Part shown: piece after piece, positions 27,901 through 40,000 of the stretch
How positions within the stretch are numbered: the stretch's first letter is position 1
Layout of the letters: each line of letters starts with the position of its first letter
Assembly: GCA_965285935.1 (NCBI GenBank)
Contig: OZ260667.1
Span: forward strand, 7,936,001-8,000,000
From: Ophelia neglecta
Taxonomy: Eukaryota
DNA length: 64,000 nt
Direction of reading: 5' to 3'
Program-made: the position numbers and the translations under genes
The notes under the pieces: generated by a model
Seen by the model: the letters and a program-made list of their open reading frames with translations, nothing else
Told to the model about the DNA's origin: nothing
Databases searched by the model: none

Positions 27901-30319
27901 CCGAGGAACTGCTTATTAACGTCCCTTATTGCTACCGACAAACACCCATGGTCCGCCCCTTTCTCCCCACAATCACCCCCATGGTCCGCCCCTTTCTTCC
28001 GACAATCACACCAATGGTCCGTCCCTTTCTCACGACAATCACACCCATGTCCCGTCCCTTTCTCCCGACAATCACACTCATGGTCCGTCCCTTTCTTCCG
28101 ACAATCACACCCATGGTCCGCCCCTTTCTCCCGACAATCACTCCCATGGTCCGTCCCTTTCTTCCGACAATCACACCCATGGTCCGCCCCTTTCTCCCGA
28201 CAATCACTCCCATGGTCCGCCCCTTTCTCCCGACAATCACACCCATGTCCCGCCCCTTTCTCCCGACAATCACACCCATGGTCCGCCCCTTTCTCCCGAC
28301 AATCACACCCATGGTCCGCCCCTTTCTCCCGACAATCACACCCATGGTCCGCCCCTTTCTCCCGACAATCACCCCCATGGTCCGCCCCTTTCTCCCGACA
28401 ATCACTCCCATGGTCCGCCCCTTTCTCCCGACAATCACACCCATGGTCCGCCCCTTTCTCCCGACAATCACACCCATGGTCCGCCCCTTTCTCCCGACAA
28501 TCACACCCATGGTCCGCCCCTTTCTCCCGACAATCCCCCCTATGGTCCGCCCCTTTGTTCCGACAATCACACCCATGGTCCGTCCCTTTCTTCCGACAAT
28601 CACACCCATGGTCCGCCCCTTTCTCCCGACAATCACACCCATGGTCCGCCCCTTTCTCCCGACAATCCCCCCTATGGTCCGCCCCTTTCTCCCGACAATC
28701 ACACCCATGGTCCGCCCTTTCTCCCAACAATCACACCCATGGTCCGCCCTTTTCTCCCGACAATCACCCCTATGGTCCGCCCCTTTGTTCCGACAATCAC
28801 ACCCATGGTCCGCCCTTTCTCCCGACAATCACTCCCATGGTCCGCCCCTTTCTCCCGACAATCACACCCATGGTCCGTCCCTTTGTTCCGACAATCACAC
28901 CCATGGTCCGCCCTTTCTCCCGACAATCACTCCCATGGTCCGCCCTTTCTCCCGACAATCACACCCATGGTCCGCCCCTTTCTTCCGACAATCACACCCA
29001 TGGTCCGTCCCTTTCTTCCGACAATCACACCCATGGTCCGCCTCTTTCTCCCGACAATCACACCCATGGTCCGCCCCTTTCTCCCGACAATCACACCCAT
29101 GTCCCGCCCCTTTCTCCCGACAATCACACCCATGTCCCGTCCCTTTCTCCCGACAATCACACCCATGGTCCGCCCCTTTCTTCCGACCCCACACCCATGG
29201 CCCGTTCCTCTCTCCCGACAATCACAGACATCATTCCCCCGATTCTCACAATATTCACAGTGCCCACAAATCTATCCCTGTCCTAATCCTAATACTAATG
29301 ACCGTTTGCCTCGTGCCACCCATACTAACATGATATCCGCCTCCACATAACCTCCGCGTTTAAGCGGTAGGCCCGATTTCTGGAAGCGGTCTTAACATTT
29401 GGGATTTAATTAGCCTATTACCGATTCGCTGAGATCAAGTTGATCGGTGCTTCCATTGAACAGGATTGATTTTAAAATCAAAATGGCTAGGTTTAAGTCC
29501 GAATTTAGCTTACAGAAACCCTGATTAGCCAGTTAAGACCGTTTAAAAACCAGGTCTAGCCGTTATTTGTCTTATTTCAACTTAACAGTACATTAGCCTA
29601 GACCAGATTTTGGGGCCAAAAAAAATTCCCTTTTAAGTCCCCTTCTGATCTTTTAAAAATGTACTAAATCTCTTCGCGGCAAACTGCTGGACCCCCTTGC
29701 AGTTCTGGCACTCATTTTCTCATCACCCAAATTACAGCATGACCACAATGCCTTGGCCACAGCCGATAAAGAAAACGTATTTAAGACACATATGCAATGC
29801 ACCATAACTTATAGGCCTAGCCCTTGCCTGCTAGAGAAATCCCAGAGAACATGCATAATCAATTTGTACATTAATCAGAATGCGTACATTTCAACAACAG
29901 TATTAACTGATGAAGAAGGGTATACTATTATGCGATTTAAATATTAAATATACAGTTGCCATAACCTGTTGAAAGCAGATAGCATTTCAATAACGAGATA
30001 GCTAAATCAATGATTTAACAATGCGATTTGATATTAAAACCGACAAAGTCCACTTGACATTGCCCCAGACATTAGATAATTAACTTACTGAGACCTACCT
30101 GAGTGTGAATTCTCCGTTTGCGTTGAGTCTGGGGTCTGCCGCCACTTTCTCCATGGCGATTGACACAGCACTGGCCGAGGTGATCCCGCTGAACTCATAC
30201 TCCATACTCCATGGTGCCAGCAGGCCGATCTTAAAGTTCCTAGTTCCCTCAGCTATCCCTGCACTGAGAAGCAGAAGACATACATGTAAAACATGTACTT
30301 TTACCACCATTACCTCCAT
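9906..30319 (-). CDS. Receptor guanylyl cyclase (natriuretic peptide receptor-like), paralog B; complete, 29 coding exons, 1091 aa
   Basis: Exons: 30319-30099, 27653-27544, 24712-24520, 23960-23865, 22883-22825, 21747-21629, 20797-20717, 20454-20347, 19867-19732, 19471-19341, 18882-18765, 18489-18405 ([27 protein letters not shown]), 18117-18003, 17621-17555, 17307-17224, 16919-16843, 16332-16228, 15921-15760, 15384-15309, 15163-15014, 14767-14590, 14013-13876, 13022-12899, 12528-12460, 12304-12142, 11980-11870, 11160-11069, 10701-10628, 9939-9906. Sum is 3276 nt, in frame. Domains: pseudokinase ([23 protein letters not shown]), coiled coil ([16 protein letters not shown]), cyclase ([33 protein letters not shown]) with the GTP-specifying Glu and Cys. 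The last micro-exon is less certain. Confidence 0.95.
11329..11562. mobile_element. MITE family C (~200-240 bp, long imperfect TIRs)
   Basis: cagggacctgtatttacaagcggtcttaag...cttaagatcgtttgaaaaacaggttcctg with internal ccattgaccag...atggctagg. Related copies lie near 10160-10310, 30870-31051, 43000-43220 and 45673-45780, in addition to those listed separately. Confidence 0.75.
23199..23438. mobile_element. MITE family C
   Basis: ggggacggtttatggaagcggtgttaa...ttaagacaacttcaagaatctgaccctg. Confidence 0.65.
23984..24161. mobile_element. MITE related to family A
   Basis: aatgaaacctgt...acaggtttcattg|TA; shares the internal aagggactggaaaa motif. Confidence 0.65.
25912..26255 (-). mobile_element. 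tRNA-derived SINE (Meta-SINE-like core)
   Basis: On the minus strand: A-box tagccgagtgttt, B-box gggtcaaatcc, core ggactggtcagcccggtgtcagtataatgtgactgggtgggg...cagtgaggcagcact, tail gatatgaccgataagtgctgaaagccacgtaaaacc. Second copy at 57.2 kb. The family name is from recollection of mollusc SINEs, not from a search. Confidence 0.8.
26868..27513. mobile_element. MITE family C interrupted by a family B insertion
   Basis: gcccggttcctggaagcggtcttaagg...aagaccacaatggc[family B]aatggctatttttaagacc...ttaagaatgcctcccaaacaagggcc. Confidence 0.75.
26989..27386. mobile_element. MITE family B (hAT-like, ~390 bp), nested in a family C element
   Basis: Perfect 15-bp TIR cagggcctgacataa/ttatgtcaggccctg; flanked by aatggc direct repeat; near-identical copy at 59404-59790. 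Confidence 0.9.
27934..29228. repeat. 33-bp minisatellite (~39 copies) in intron 1 of guanylyl cyclase B
   Basis: Unit cccatggtccgcccctttctcccgacaatcaca; it explains the long repetitive ORFs. Confidence 0.97.
29368..29558. mobile_element. MITE family C
   Basis: taggcccgatttctggaagcggtcttaa...ttaagaccgtttaaaaaccaggtcta. Confidence 0.75.
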
Positions 30320-31249
30320 TGTTTTTCTTAGCGCCGGAAAAGAAACAGACAAATATTAGTGGATTATATATGATTTTCTATTTCTCGGAAGAAAGGCTAG
30401 ATAACCACTAGACGGGGGGAACAGAATTCCACAGTTTAAACAGAGGAGATCGGAGAATCTCTCCCCGGTCATAGACAGATAGATTGTGAGCACTTCACTG
30501 TTAACACGAATCGTAATTATAAGTTACCGAGGAAACAATGACCCGGAGCAAAGAGGTGTAGGGATCAGCACATGCTAAAATGAAACCATAAATTGTTAAT
30601 GCCTGTATCACCGCTGGCAAACATTGGTTTTACATTAAATGGTGACGTGTGCAGTAACCGTGGGATATTTTTTTCATTAACAAACCCCACTCCCAAATAA
30701 AATGCAGTCGGCTATAGCCTTAAAGCTGACATGCCTAACGGAACACTAAGAAACAGACGTATTCCACCCAGCAGCGGGTTTCCTATATGCCCGCGGCCCC
30801 CATTTAAGCCTAGATTGCCGAAAGTGTTCTGTGATTCATACAATGCATGATTCTAACCACTGTATCTATATACTTGGACCACGATAATCAATGTTTCCAT
30901 TGACCAGGATTAAGTTTAGGACCAAATAGCTAGGTTTAAGACCAAATCCAGCTTCCGGAAACCCCGATTATTAAGAAGAGACCGATTTAAAAAGCACTTT
31001 AATCCAGATTTAAACCGAGTTAGGACTTGAGACCGCTTCCAGAAACCGGCCGGGGAGTTCTTTATTTGAACATATATAAAAGTTATAACTAATGTTTGTT
31101 TAACAAAACAGGACACCTACATGACCAATCCAACACATCGACCGAGGCGTCTCGTTTAAATGGTCTCAGTCAAGGCAGATCACCTACATGTATATCGAAA
31201 TTATACATTAAACTTTAACATTTTTCTTTTCCTTTTTATTCTTTTTTAA

Positions 31250-31492
31250 CCTATTCCAGAAACAGGGTTTAATGTTAAAGTTATGGGATTGGATAAGCCT
31301 ATTACAAATAAGCTGCGACCGCTTTAATCTGTGTTTCCAATGACTAGGAATGACTTTAAGACCAAAATGGCTAGGTTGAATACTAAATCTAGCTTCCTTA
31401 AACACTGACTAGCAAATTAAGTCTGTTTAAGCTCTTTAATCCTGTTTTAATCCAATTTATTAGTTAAGACAGCTTCTATAAACCGGGCCCTG
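31250..31492. mobile_element. MITE family C
   Basis: Internal aagaccaaaatggctaggtt; end ttaagacagcttctataaaccgggccctg. Confidence 0.65.
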
Positions 31493-32084
31493 AGACTAAT
31501 ATCAATAAGCATGCATTAGTTATGATTAATGAAGATATTACTTATAAACCAGGTTGTAGTGTATAGTGACGGTGCTACAAAGAGGAATATGATTCTGTAT
31601 TATCACCATATAATAAGGGGTGCAATGAATCATAGCGTACGTGTGTACGCTATTATGACTAGTTGTGCATATTGTACACTAATGTGAGATAAAATTAGTT
31701 TTGAATGTTCAGTCATTTTTAATCAAACGTATCTCAAATTGGTACAAACTGACATTATGGAAGTCATCCGACTATTTGGCCAGTTATTTTATGTAATTGT
31801 ACAATATAATTTAGATGTTCGAGAAAAATTATTTATACATGCCCCAATTTCAGAGATGCATGCGATTTGCATTGGGATGCTATTTTTTGATAACATTGAC
31901 CCTCCACTCGCTGTGCACTCATATCAAACGCTCTCTTGGGTAAAATTCAGTGTCACCAGTACAATGACGATACCCTTCATCTCCTAGAACTCAGAACTGC
32001 TAACATTAACTGCTATCTACTGGGTTAGAATACACGATACTCTATAAGTGTTTAACAGTAAAAGGGTCAAACTACATAATAATA

Positions 32085-32315
32085 CAGTGGCGGATTTGCT
32101 TTTTTTTGGGGGGGGGGGGGGCAGGGGGGCCGCCACCCCCCCCCCTCCCCCCCCCCCCCCGCTTTGCCAAAAAGTGGGCCAGGACCAGGGCCTATTTCTG
32201 GACCCACGCAAGATGCTTTCAAACAGTTGGTGACGGGGACAATCCAGACATTTGCCTTACTAGCCTTGAACAATTCTGCCCCCCCCCCCTTCCTGAAATC
32301 CTGGATCCGCCACTG
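32085..32315. mobile_element. MITE family D
   Basis: TIR cagtggcggat/atccgccactg; core shared with 39843-40023. Confidence 0.85.
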
Positions 32316-32544
32316 TTATAAAAACAATCAAAGCATATTGTATTAGATATAATAGCTACTATAACTAAATTAATGGTTACTGGTTTTCAAGAAAACACAT
32401 GCCAAATGTTCCATATATAGAAATTCATCTGGAGTAGGTTTATTTACAAATATATATTCTTTTCATATACTCTTCTGTCTACTATTATATATATACGGGA
32501 AGCATACAATTTGTGTGTGTGGATGTTTTGTTAAACAGGTAATA

Positions 32545-32723
32545 CATTGAAACCTGCCTTAAAGACCACCTCTTTAGTCAGACCACCTACAAATTCATAC
32601 CACTAATATGAAGACCCATAGAGCACTCTTTCAATGTTAAATAGCCTGTTTAAACAGACCACCTCTGTAATCAGACCTGTATTTGCCAGTCCCTTGGGTT
32701 GTCTTAATTCACAGGTTTCACTG
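32545..32723. mobile_element. MITE family A (opposite orientation)
   Basis: TA|cattgaaacctg...caggtttcactg|TA. Confidence 0.85.
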
Positions 32724-33525
32724 TAATTGAATGCTCCTCTGTTGTTAATGAGGGACATAAATGAAATAATAATGGTTTGACAGTTAGGTGATAAGCTGTA
32801 TGTTCGCGGTGTCGGTACATAGAGCAGTATAGAGTAGAACCTGCAGGTAGGCACGCTGCACCTTTTTTATCGGATCATTGTATTCGGCGCTGTGGTCGCC
32901 CCGCTGCTAAAAACAGTAGAATAATTCTGCGTTAACCCTAGTCTCACCCTGCTGCAAGAGCATGCCAGAGCTGCAATGTCAGGCAAACAGCGTTGCGCAC
33001 AGGGCAGCCTATAGACCTCCTGTTTTCAGAGGATGCAAATCATACCTGTGCAAAGAAATGCCAGTTTCCTGTGAATCTAAATGTAACAGTATATGTATCT
33101 TGAATTGTGTACTCATGTGCTTCTGAGGGCGGCCAGTTGAAACAGCCTAGGCTATTGTTGGCTTCCATTTAATAAAATGATTTCAAATCAAATAAAACAT
33201 AATAAAGCATTTTATGAATCGGATTATGACTTCGGTCATATCTGGATTTGAGCAATTGGCAGGTTTGCTGAAATAAACTTGGCGTGATTCAGTTCTCAGG
33301 TGGGATTTTTCCTAAAGGGATATTTATATAACATGCGCCCATTCATGGGCGTGTCAGTCTATTGGTCTGAATGGTGCCCAAGCCTGTGTCCAGGAGGGGC
33401 TTAACTGGTTAAGGTGGATCATTGCATCAAGTGAATTGATCATCTGAAATGCCTTATACCCTGGCAACGTATAGTTGTCTTCATTAATAAACAACTATAT
33501 GGTGCTATAGTATTAAGCATTTCAG

Positions 33526-33612
33526 ATGTCGGAGCCATCTACTCTTGGCCGTAGATGGACCATTATTGAGTTGAGCCGTACGTTCTCTATTAAGTATGCA
33601 CTTGGATAAGAA
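33526..33612 (+). pseudogene. Degenerate copy of the first (signal-peptide) coding exon of the CTLD-SRCR-IPT receptor
   Basis: ttcagATGTCGGAGCCATCTACTCTTGGCCGTAGATGGACCATTATTGAGTTG aligns with ttcagATGTCGGGGCTACCTTTTCTGGGTTGTAGTTGGACAATTATTGGGTTG at 37023. In-frame TAA at 33607 and the donor is lost. Flanking similarity spans ~33500-33750. Confidence 0.75.
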
Positions 33613-34183
33613 CGTTCGCGATAAGAAGGTGTTTTCAGAGGATACTTGTTTACTTTTTATAAACTCCCTTGTTAAAATATCCCACTGAACGCATAAGCCA
33701 GCCATTACGGTTACTCAGGATTCCATCGGTCTCTAAATACTAGTGGCCGACAAACTGCGCCCCAGTTACAATTTCTTCGTAAAAAAGTCGGCCCCAGTAC
33801 CGAATATCATAGCTTTTCACATCTACTTCAGGAAATAATGTTTTGCCAAGTTATAGCTTTGAGTATATATTCATTATCATTACAATAATCGGCCCCGTCC
33901 ATTCAAGGATATTTATTTACCTGGCATATAAAAGGATAACAGATATAAGCGGGCATAAATATGGCGCCGGATATGAACTCCCCCGTTTATTTCCGTATAT
34001 TCTCGTATGTTTAACATATATAATAAAAGACGTAATTTGCAGTGGTCGAATACATGTTTAATCCACGTGTTACTGTGAGGATGTCTATATATTCAGCTTT
34101 ACTATATGACTTTGCCATCCAGTCCCATGACAGACGATTTGTTATCGCTAGGGACTCTGTGACCTTCCTCCGGCCTCTGGAAG

Positions 34184-34340
34184 GGTGCCAGTTCCTCAGG
34201 TTCCATTCTATGTACAGAGACTTTAAATCATATGACAAGCCAGAGGTTCAGAGGGACTTCAACCAGATGTTTGATAAAGCAGTCTTGCCGGGAGGATATC
34301 GCCAGTTAAAGCTCTACAAGTTCAGCAGAAAATACTACTC
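34184..34340 (+). pseudogene. 3'-terminal fragment of the GT77-like glycosyltransferase
   Basis: 34184-34315 matches 50675-50806 with 5 mismatches in 132 nt (LRFHSMYR.FKS.DKPEVQRDFNQMFDKAVLPGGYRQLKL). No upstream GT sequence is present. Confidence 0.9.
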
Positions 34341-36282
34341 GATCGATCATTGCATCATATTGCTTGAAATACTACTCGCTCTCGATCATTGCATCATATT
34401 GTTTGATATACTACTCGATCTCGATCATTGCATCATATTGTTTGAAATACTACTCGATCTCGATCATTGCATCATATTGTTTGAAATACTACTCGATCTC
34501 GATCATTGCAATATATTGTTTGAAATACTACTCGATCTTGATCATTGCATCATATTGTTTGAAATACTACTCGACCTCGATCATTGCATCATATTGTTTG
34601 AAAAAACTACGCGCTCTCGATCATTGCATTATTTTGTTTGAAATACTACTCGATCTCGATCATTGCATCATATTGTTTGAAATACTACTCGATCTCGATC
34701 ATTGCATCATATTGTTTGAAATACTACTCGCTCTCGATCATTGCATCATATTGTTTGATATACTACTCGCTCTCGATCATTGCATCATATTGTTTGAAAT
34801 ACTACTCGCTCTCGATCATTGCATCATATTGTTTGAAATACTACTCGATCTCGATCATTGCATCATATTGTTTGAAATACTACTCGATCGATCATTGCAT
34901 CATATTGTTTGAAATACTACTCGCTCTCGATCATTGCATCATATTGTTTGATATACTACTCGCTCTCAATCATTGCATCATTTTGTTTTTAATACTACTC
35001 GCTCTCGATCATTGCATCATATTGCTTGAAATACTACTCGCTCTCGATCATTGCATCATTTTGTTTGAAATACTACTCGATCTCGATCATTGCATCATAT
35101 TGTTTGAAATACTACTCGCTCGATCATTGCATCATATTGTTTGAAATACTACTCGCTCTCGATCATTGCATCATATTGTTTGATATACTACTCGCTCTCG
35201 ATCATTGTATCATATTGTTTGAAATACTACTCGATCTCGATCATTGCATCATATTGTTTGAAATACTACTCGCTCTCGATCATTGTATCATATTGTTTGA
35301 AATACTACTCGATCTCGATCATTGCATCATATTGTTTGAAATACTACTCGCTCTCGATCATTGCATCATATTGTTTGATATACTACTCGCTCTCAATCAT
35401 TGCATCATTTTGTTTTTAATACTACTCGCTCTCGATCATTGCATCATATTGCTTGAAATACTACTCGCTCTCGATCATTGCATCATTTTGTTTGAAATAC
35501 TACTCGATCTCGATCATTGCATCATATTGTTTGAAATACTACTCGCTCGATCATTGCATCATATTGTTTGAAATACTACTCGCTCGATCATTGCATCATA
35601 TTGTTTGAAATACTACTCGCTCTCGATCATTGTATCATATTGTTTGAAATACTACTCGATCTCGATCATTGCATCATATTGTTTGAAATACTACTCGCTC
35701 TCGATCATTGTATCATATTGTTTGAAATACTACTCGATCTCGATCATTGCATCATATTGTTTGAAATACTACTCGCTCAATCATTGCATCATATTGTTTG
35801 AAATACTACTCGCTCTCGATCATTGCATCATATTGTTTGATATACTACTCGCTCTCGATCATTGTATCATATTGTTTGAAATACTACTCGATCTCGATCA
35901 TTGCATCATATTGTTTGAAATACTACTCGCTCTCGATCATTGTATCATATTGTTTGAAATACTACTCGATCTCGATCATTGCATCATATTGTTTGAAATA
36001 CTACTCGCTCTCGATCATTGCATCATATTGTTTGATATACTACTCGCTCTCAATCATTGCATCATTTTGTTTTTAATACTACTCGCTCTCGATCATTGCA
36101 TCATATTGCTTGAAATACTACTCGCTCTCGATCATTGCATCATTTTGTTTGAAATACTACTCGATCTCGATCATTGCATCATATTGTTTGAAATACTACT
36201 CGCTCAATCATTGCATCATATTGTTTGAAATACTACTCGCTCGATCATTGCATCATATTGTTTGAAATACTACTCGATCATT
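34329..36282. repeat. 39-bp minisatellite (~50 copies) with higher-order variant structure
   Basis: Unit ctcgatcattgcatcatattgtttgaaatactactcg(a/c)t. The variant ctcaatcattgcatcattttgtttttaat recurs at ~34965, ~35392 and ~36049. Confidence 0.97.
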
Positions 36283-37027
36283 ATGTTATTTGTTGTTATG
36301 GATATCATCATTTCATGTAGTGTCTCCTTTTTAAAGGAAGACGCAGCGTTTAACGGAATGCACACGATGGCAATTATTTTCCATATTTTGTTAACGTTTC
36401 CCATCAAAGATGCGGGATTATTTTCATTCTAAATAGTATACAAGAACCACTTATTATTAACCTTCTAACTTGCATCCGAAGCTGGCGAAGGAGTGTACTC
36501 ACGTTTTATGCTCTCTGGGTATATAACTGGTGAGAATACAAAAATCAATTCCCTCGTTAAATGTGTCTTGCATAGTTGGTTTTATGAATTGTGTTTTCAG
36601 CTATGTAGATATGGCAAACATCCAAACGCTCGAGGAGATCCTAAATAAGGAATGCATTATGGACTTGTTTAAACGTCGGGTAAAATAAACAAGCGTACTC
36701 CATGCATGAGAGAACCACAATGATCTCTTGGAGATAAGAAAAAACCCAGTCATTTAAACATTATGTTATTGAATCATAGCTTTATGCGCCCCTGAATACA
36801 TGTGTATTTACAAGTAAGCTTAGAAAATCCATGACATACAATGACTAGCTATACCGCCAACTTAAGGAAGAGGTTGTAGTTTTGACACGCTAAGGTGGGT
36901 TAAATCAATGTATACTGCAGACATTTATTTTCCAAATAGTTAGCACCTATTGCAATGTTAAGATTTGGATAACATAAGAATGTTTCATCACCACTATTAA
37001 TCACTGCCATTGTATTATGCAATTCAG

Positions 37028-40000
37028 ATGTCGGGGCTACCTTTTCTGGGTTGTAGTTGGACAATTATTGGGTTGTCCTGCATGTTTGCTATATGTGCGA
37101 ATGGATTAGAAGGTAAGTGATCAGCAGTACTATAAGTGTTAAGAGGGTACTCGTTTACCTAAGAAGAATTCCCTGTGACGACCTGGCCAATCCCTTAACA
37201 GAAGTCAGGAATCATCGGGTTGTGAAACCTGTAAATTGTGACCACCCAAGGAACTGTAAAATGTTGGTCTAATTATGGAGGTGGTCTGTTTAGACAAGTT
37301 ATTTTACATTGAAAGTGCAAAGTAGGGTCTTCGTATTAGTGGTCTGAATTGAAAGGTGGTCTGAATATAGAGGTGGTCTTTAAGGCAGATTTCACTGTAC
37401 TAGTATAGTAGCCCGACTTGCTTGCTACGACTGGGAGTGTTATGGACTAAGTGGCCCAAGGACAGCGTGTCTTAGATGGGGACGCACTATTACAAGAATA
37501 CTATTAAGGGGTGGTCATTTACTTTGGAGGGGGAGGGGCGCAAATCCTGAGGGGGGTCCAAGAATTGTGACACAATCTGTTGGGCGGGCGGGCGAGGGGG
37601 GGGGGGCACAAAATTCGGTTCGTATGTAGGGCGGAGGGTCATAAAACCATACACCCGTGACATTAATATATTATAATAATCTTGCTTCCTTTTCATTCCA
37701 TGCAGCACCCCTTCAGGTATAAATGTCACATTTTGAAGGTGCGCAAATAAAAATGTGGGCTCAGGGAACAATCAAAATTAAACCTGGTAAAGTAGATGGG
37801 GGGGCGGGTTAAAACAATCAGCGGGATCTCGTATTGGAGGGGTCATAGTGATTCAGTAGAAGACTACTAATCAGGGGTGGTCATTTACTTTGGAGGGGGG
37901 GGGGGGGTCAAAGTATTCTGACACCATCTGATGGGCGGGCGCGGGGGTGGGGGTCCCAAATTGTGCCCCATCCCCCTCGTATGGAGGCTAAAAAGTTTAG
38001 TAAAGGAAGTGGTCGAATAAACGTTTATTCCATGTGTTACTGTGGAAATGCAATGACTATTAAGAATGGACGGATATTTATAACTTTCGAAATTCTTAGA
38101 ACTGTGTGTCGTTCGGACCCTCAGATCTTTAGCACCGGACTTGAAATTCTTGTTTATATTTTCCCCGGTCTCAAATTAATGGTATCTTAATCTACTTGAT
38201 TACAAATTTGGGCCACACTAGTCTCGTGTGGGGGACATTTAAACCTGTATCCCTTCTCACCAGACCCTAAGTGAATGCGCTGCTTGAGTTATTATGTCTC
38301 TCCGGCTTGTGGGACAACGGTCATATACAAATATATAGGCTTTGCCCTTCATACTGTTTTTTCAATGATCACATCATCTTGTTTGCAGATGTCAATAACA
38401 CCTGGATACGAAGTAATGATACAGGGGGTTGTTATACATTAATCAAAACGAGACTGTCTTGGTTTGATGCCAGGGATTACTGTATTTCACAGGGAGCATC
38501 ACTAGCATCAACCACTTCACCGGAGGAATTTCAAGTTATTCTAAGTAGGTATCATTATGGTTGGAATACAAACTGAAACATATTTTAATCCATTCCGTTT
38601 GGTAACAAGCAAAAGGCCATTCAAACTTGGTAAATCACAATTTTGGAAAAGAAGAATGGCTAGTAGGGTAAGATTATGCTTTACGCAGAGGTCTTTAGCC
38701 TGCTATAGCCCATCTCTGTGAATCTTTAGTGAGTGTGGCAAATGGAAAATTTTATGGGTCCAACGTGTACCCAGACAGGAATTGATTCAATGTATTACAA
38801 AACATAACAGCTTGTGTCATTACTTGCACACCCTTTACGATACACACTTACTATTGAACTCTTTTTAGTTTTGGAGGAGAAAATAGTCAAGTTTATCGGA
38901 TAGTAGCCAACTCTTAACTAAGGTCAAATTGAATTGAAGAATCATGAATTCTACCCACATTTTGAAAAGAAATTACGACAGTCGTAATTACTCATTTGTT
39001 TATGATGTAAAATTTCCCCATAGATTTAGACGGGTTATCATTCAACGAATCGCGGACGTATTGGCTTGGTGGAAATGATTTTACCACTGACGGACAATGG
39101 ACCTGGGCGGATGGTAGTCCGATGGGACCTTGGATGAAATGGCACGCAGGTGAGTTGTGGCGCAACACACATTAAACAACATAAATGTGAATTGCTATTT
39201 ATTCGTATAAATGAATATTTTTGGTACAACACACATTAAACAACATAAATGTGAATTCATATTTATTCGTATAAATAAATATTTATGGCACAACACTCAT
39301 TAAACAACATAAATGTGAATTCATATTTATTCGTATAAGTAGATATTTATACTTATAAAAGTAATAAGATGCGACGGTCATATTATTTTTTATTATTAAA
39401 GTATTGGTTTACTGAAAAGGTCGACAAGATTATCATCTTTTTCGGACCTATGATCTAATTACGCGTTTTTATCTACGCACAGGTGAGCCAAACAATACTG
39501 GACAAGGACAGTACTGTGTGGTTTTAAGGTTAGATGATGAGGCTGGATGGAGTGCCGTGGAATGTGCGGGGAATGTAAATCCCTTCGTTTGTTTCATTAC
39601 AGGTGAATATCGCAATTTTAGACATGCATGCCACGGTAGAAATATTGTGGAATAAGTAGGAATGCAATAACTGACAAAGCTAGTATAGCCACTCTCCCCA
39701 TAAATAGAAAAGGATTCTTCAATTCTATAATGAATAGGGTAAATAAGAATAATTTCTCTTTCAATTCCTTTGCATTAAACAAGATTGTTAATGGTAAACG
39801 CAGTTTATAAATATATTTATAGTCAGTTCTGGCATGATACCACAGTGGCGGATTCAGGGGGGGGCCCTTTGCAAAAAGTGGGCCTGGACCAGGGCCTATT
39901 TCTGGACCCACGCAAGGTGCTTTTCCAGAGGGTTGGTAACGGGGACAATCCAGACATTTGCCTTGTCAGCCTTGGAAAATTTTGCCTCCCACCCCCCTTC

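Noticed and set aside
27798-29350. Long ORFs (298-493 aa) on both strands, including a metallothionein-like ([11 protein letters not shown])n
   Set aside because: They arise from a stop-poor 33-bp minisatellite inside an intron; indels switch frames and no frame is preferred.
34042-36228. Leucine-rich repetitive ORFs (LDHCIILFEILL)n resembling LRR or membrane proteins
   Set aside because: They are translations of the 39-bp minisatellite with frequent frameshifting short units.
34329-36282. CRISPR-like appearance of the 33-, 39- and 41-bp arrays
   Set aside because: Units are head-to-tail with no unique spacers, there are no cas genes, and the context is eukaryotic.
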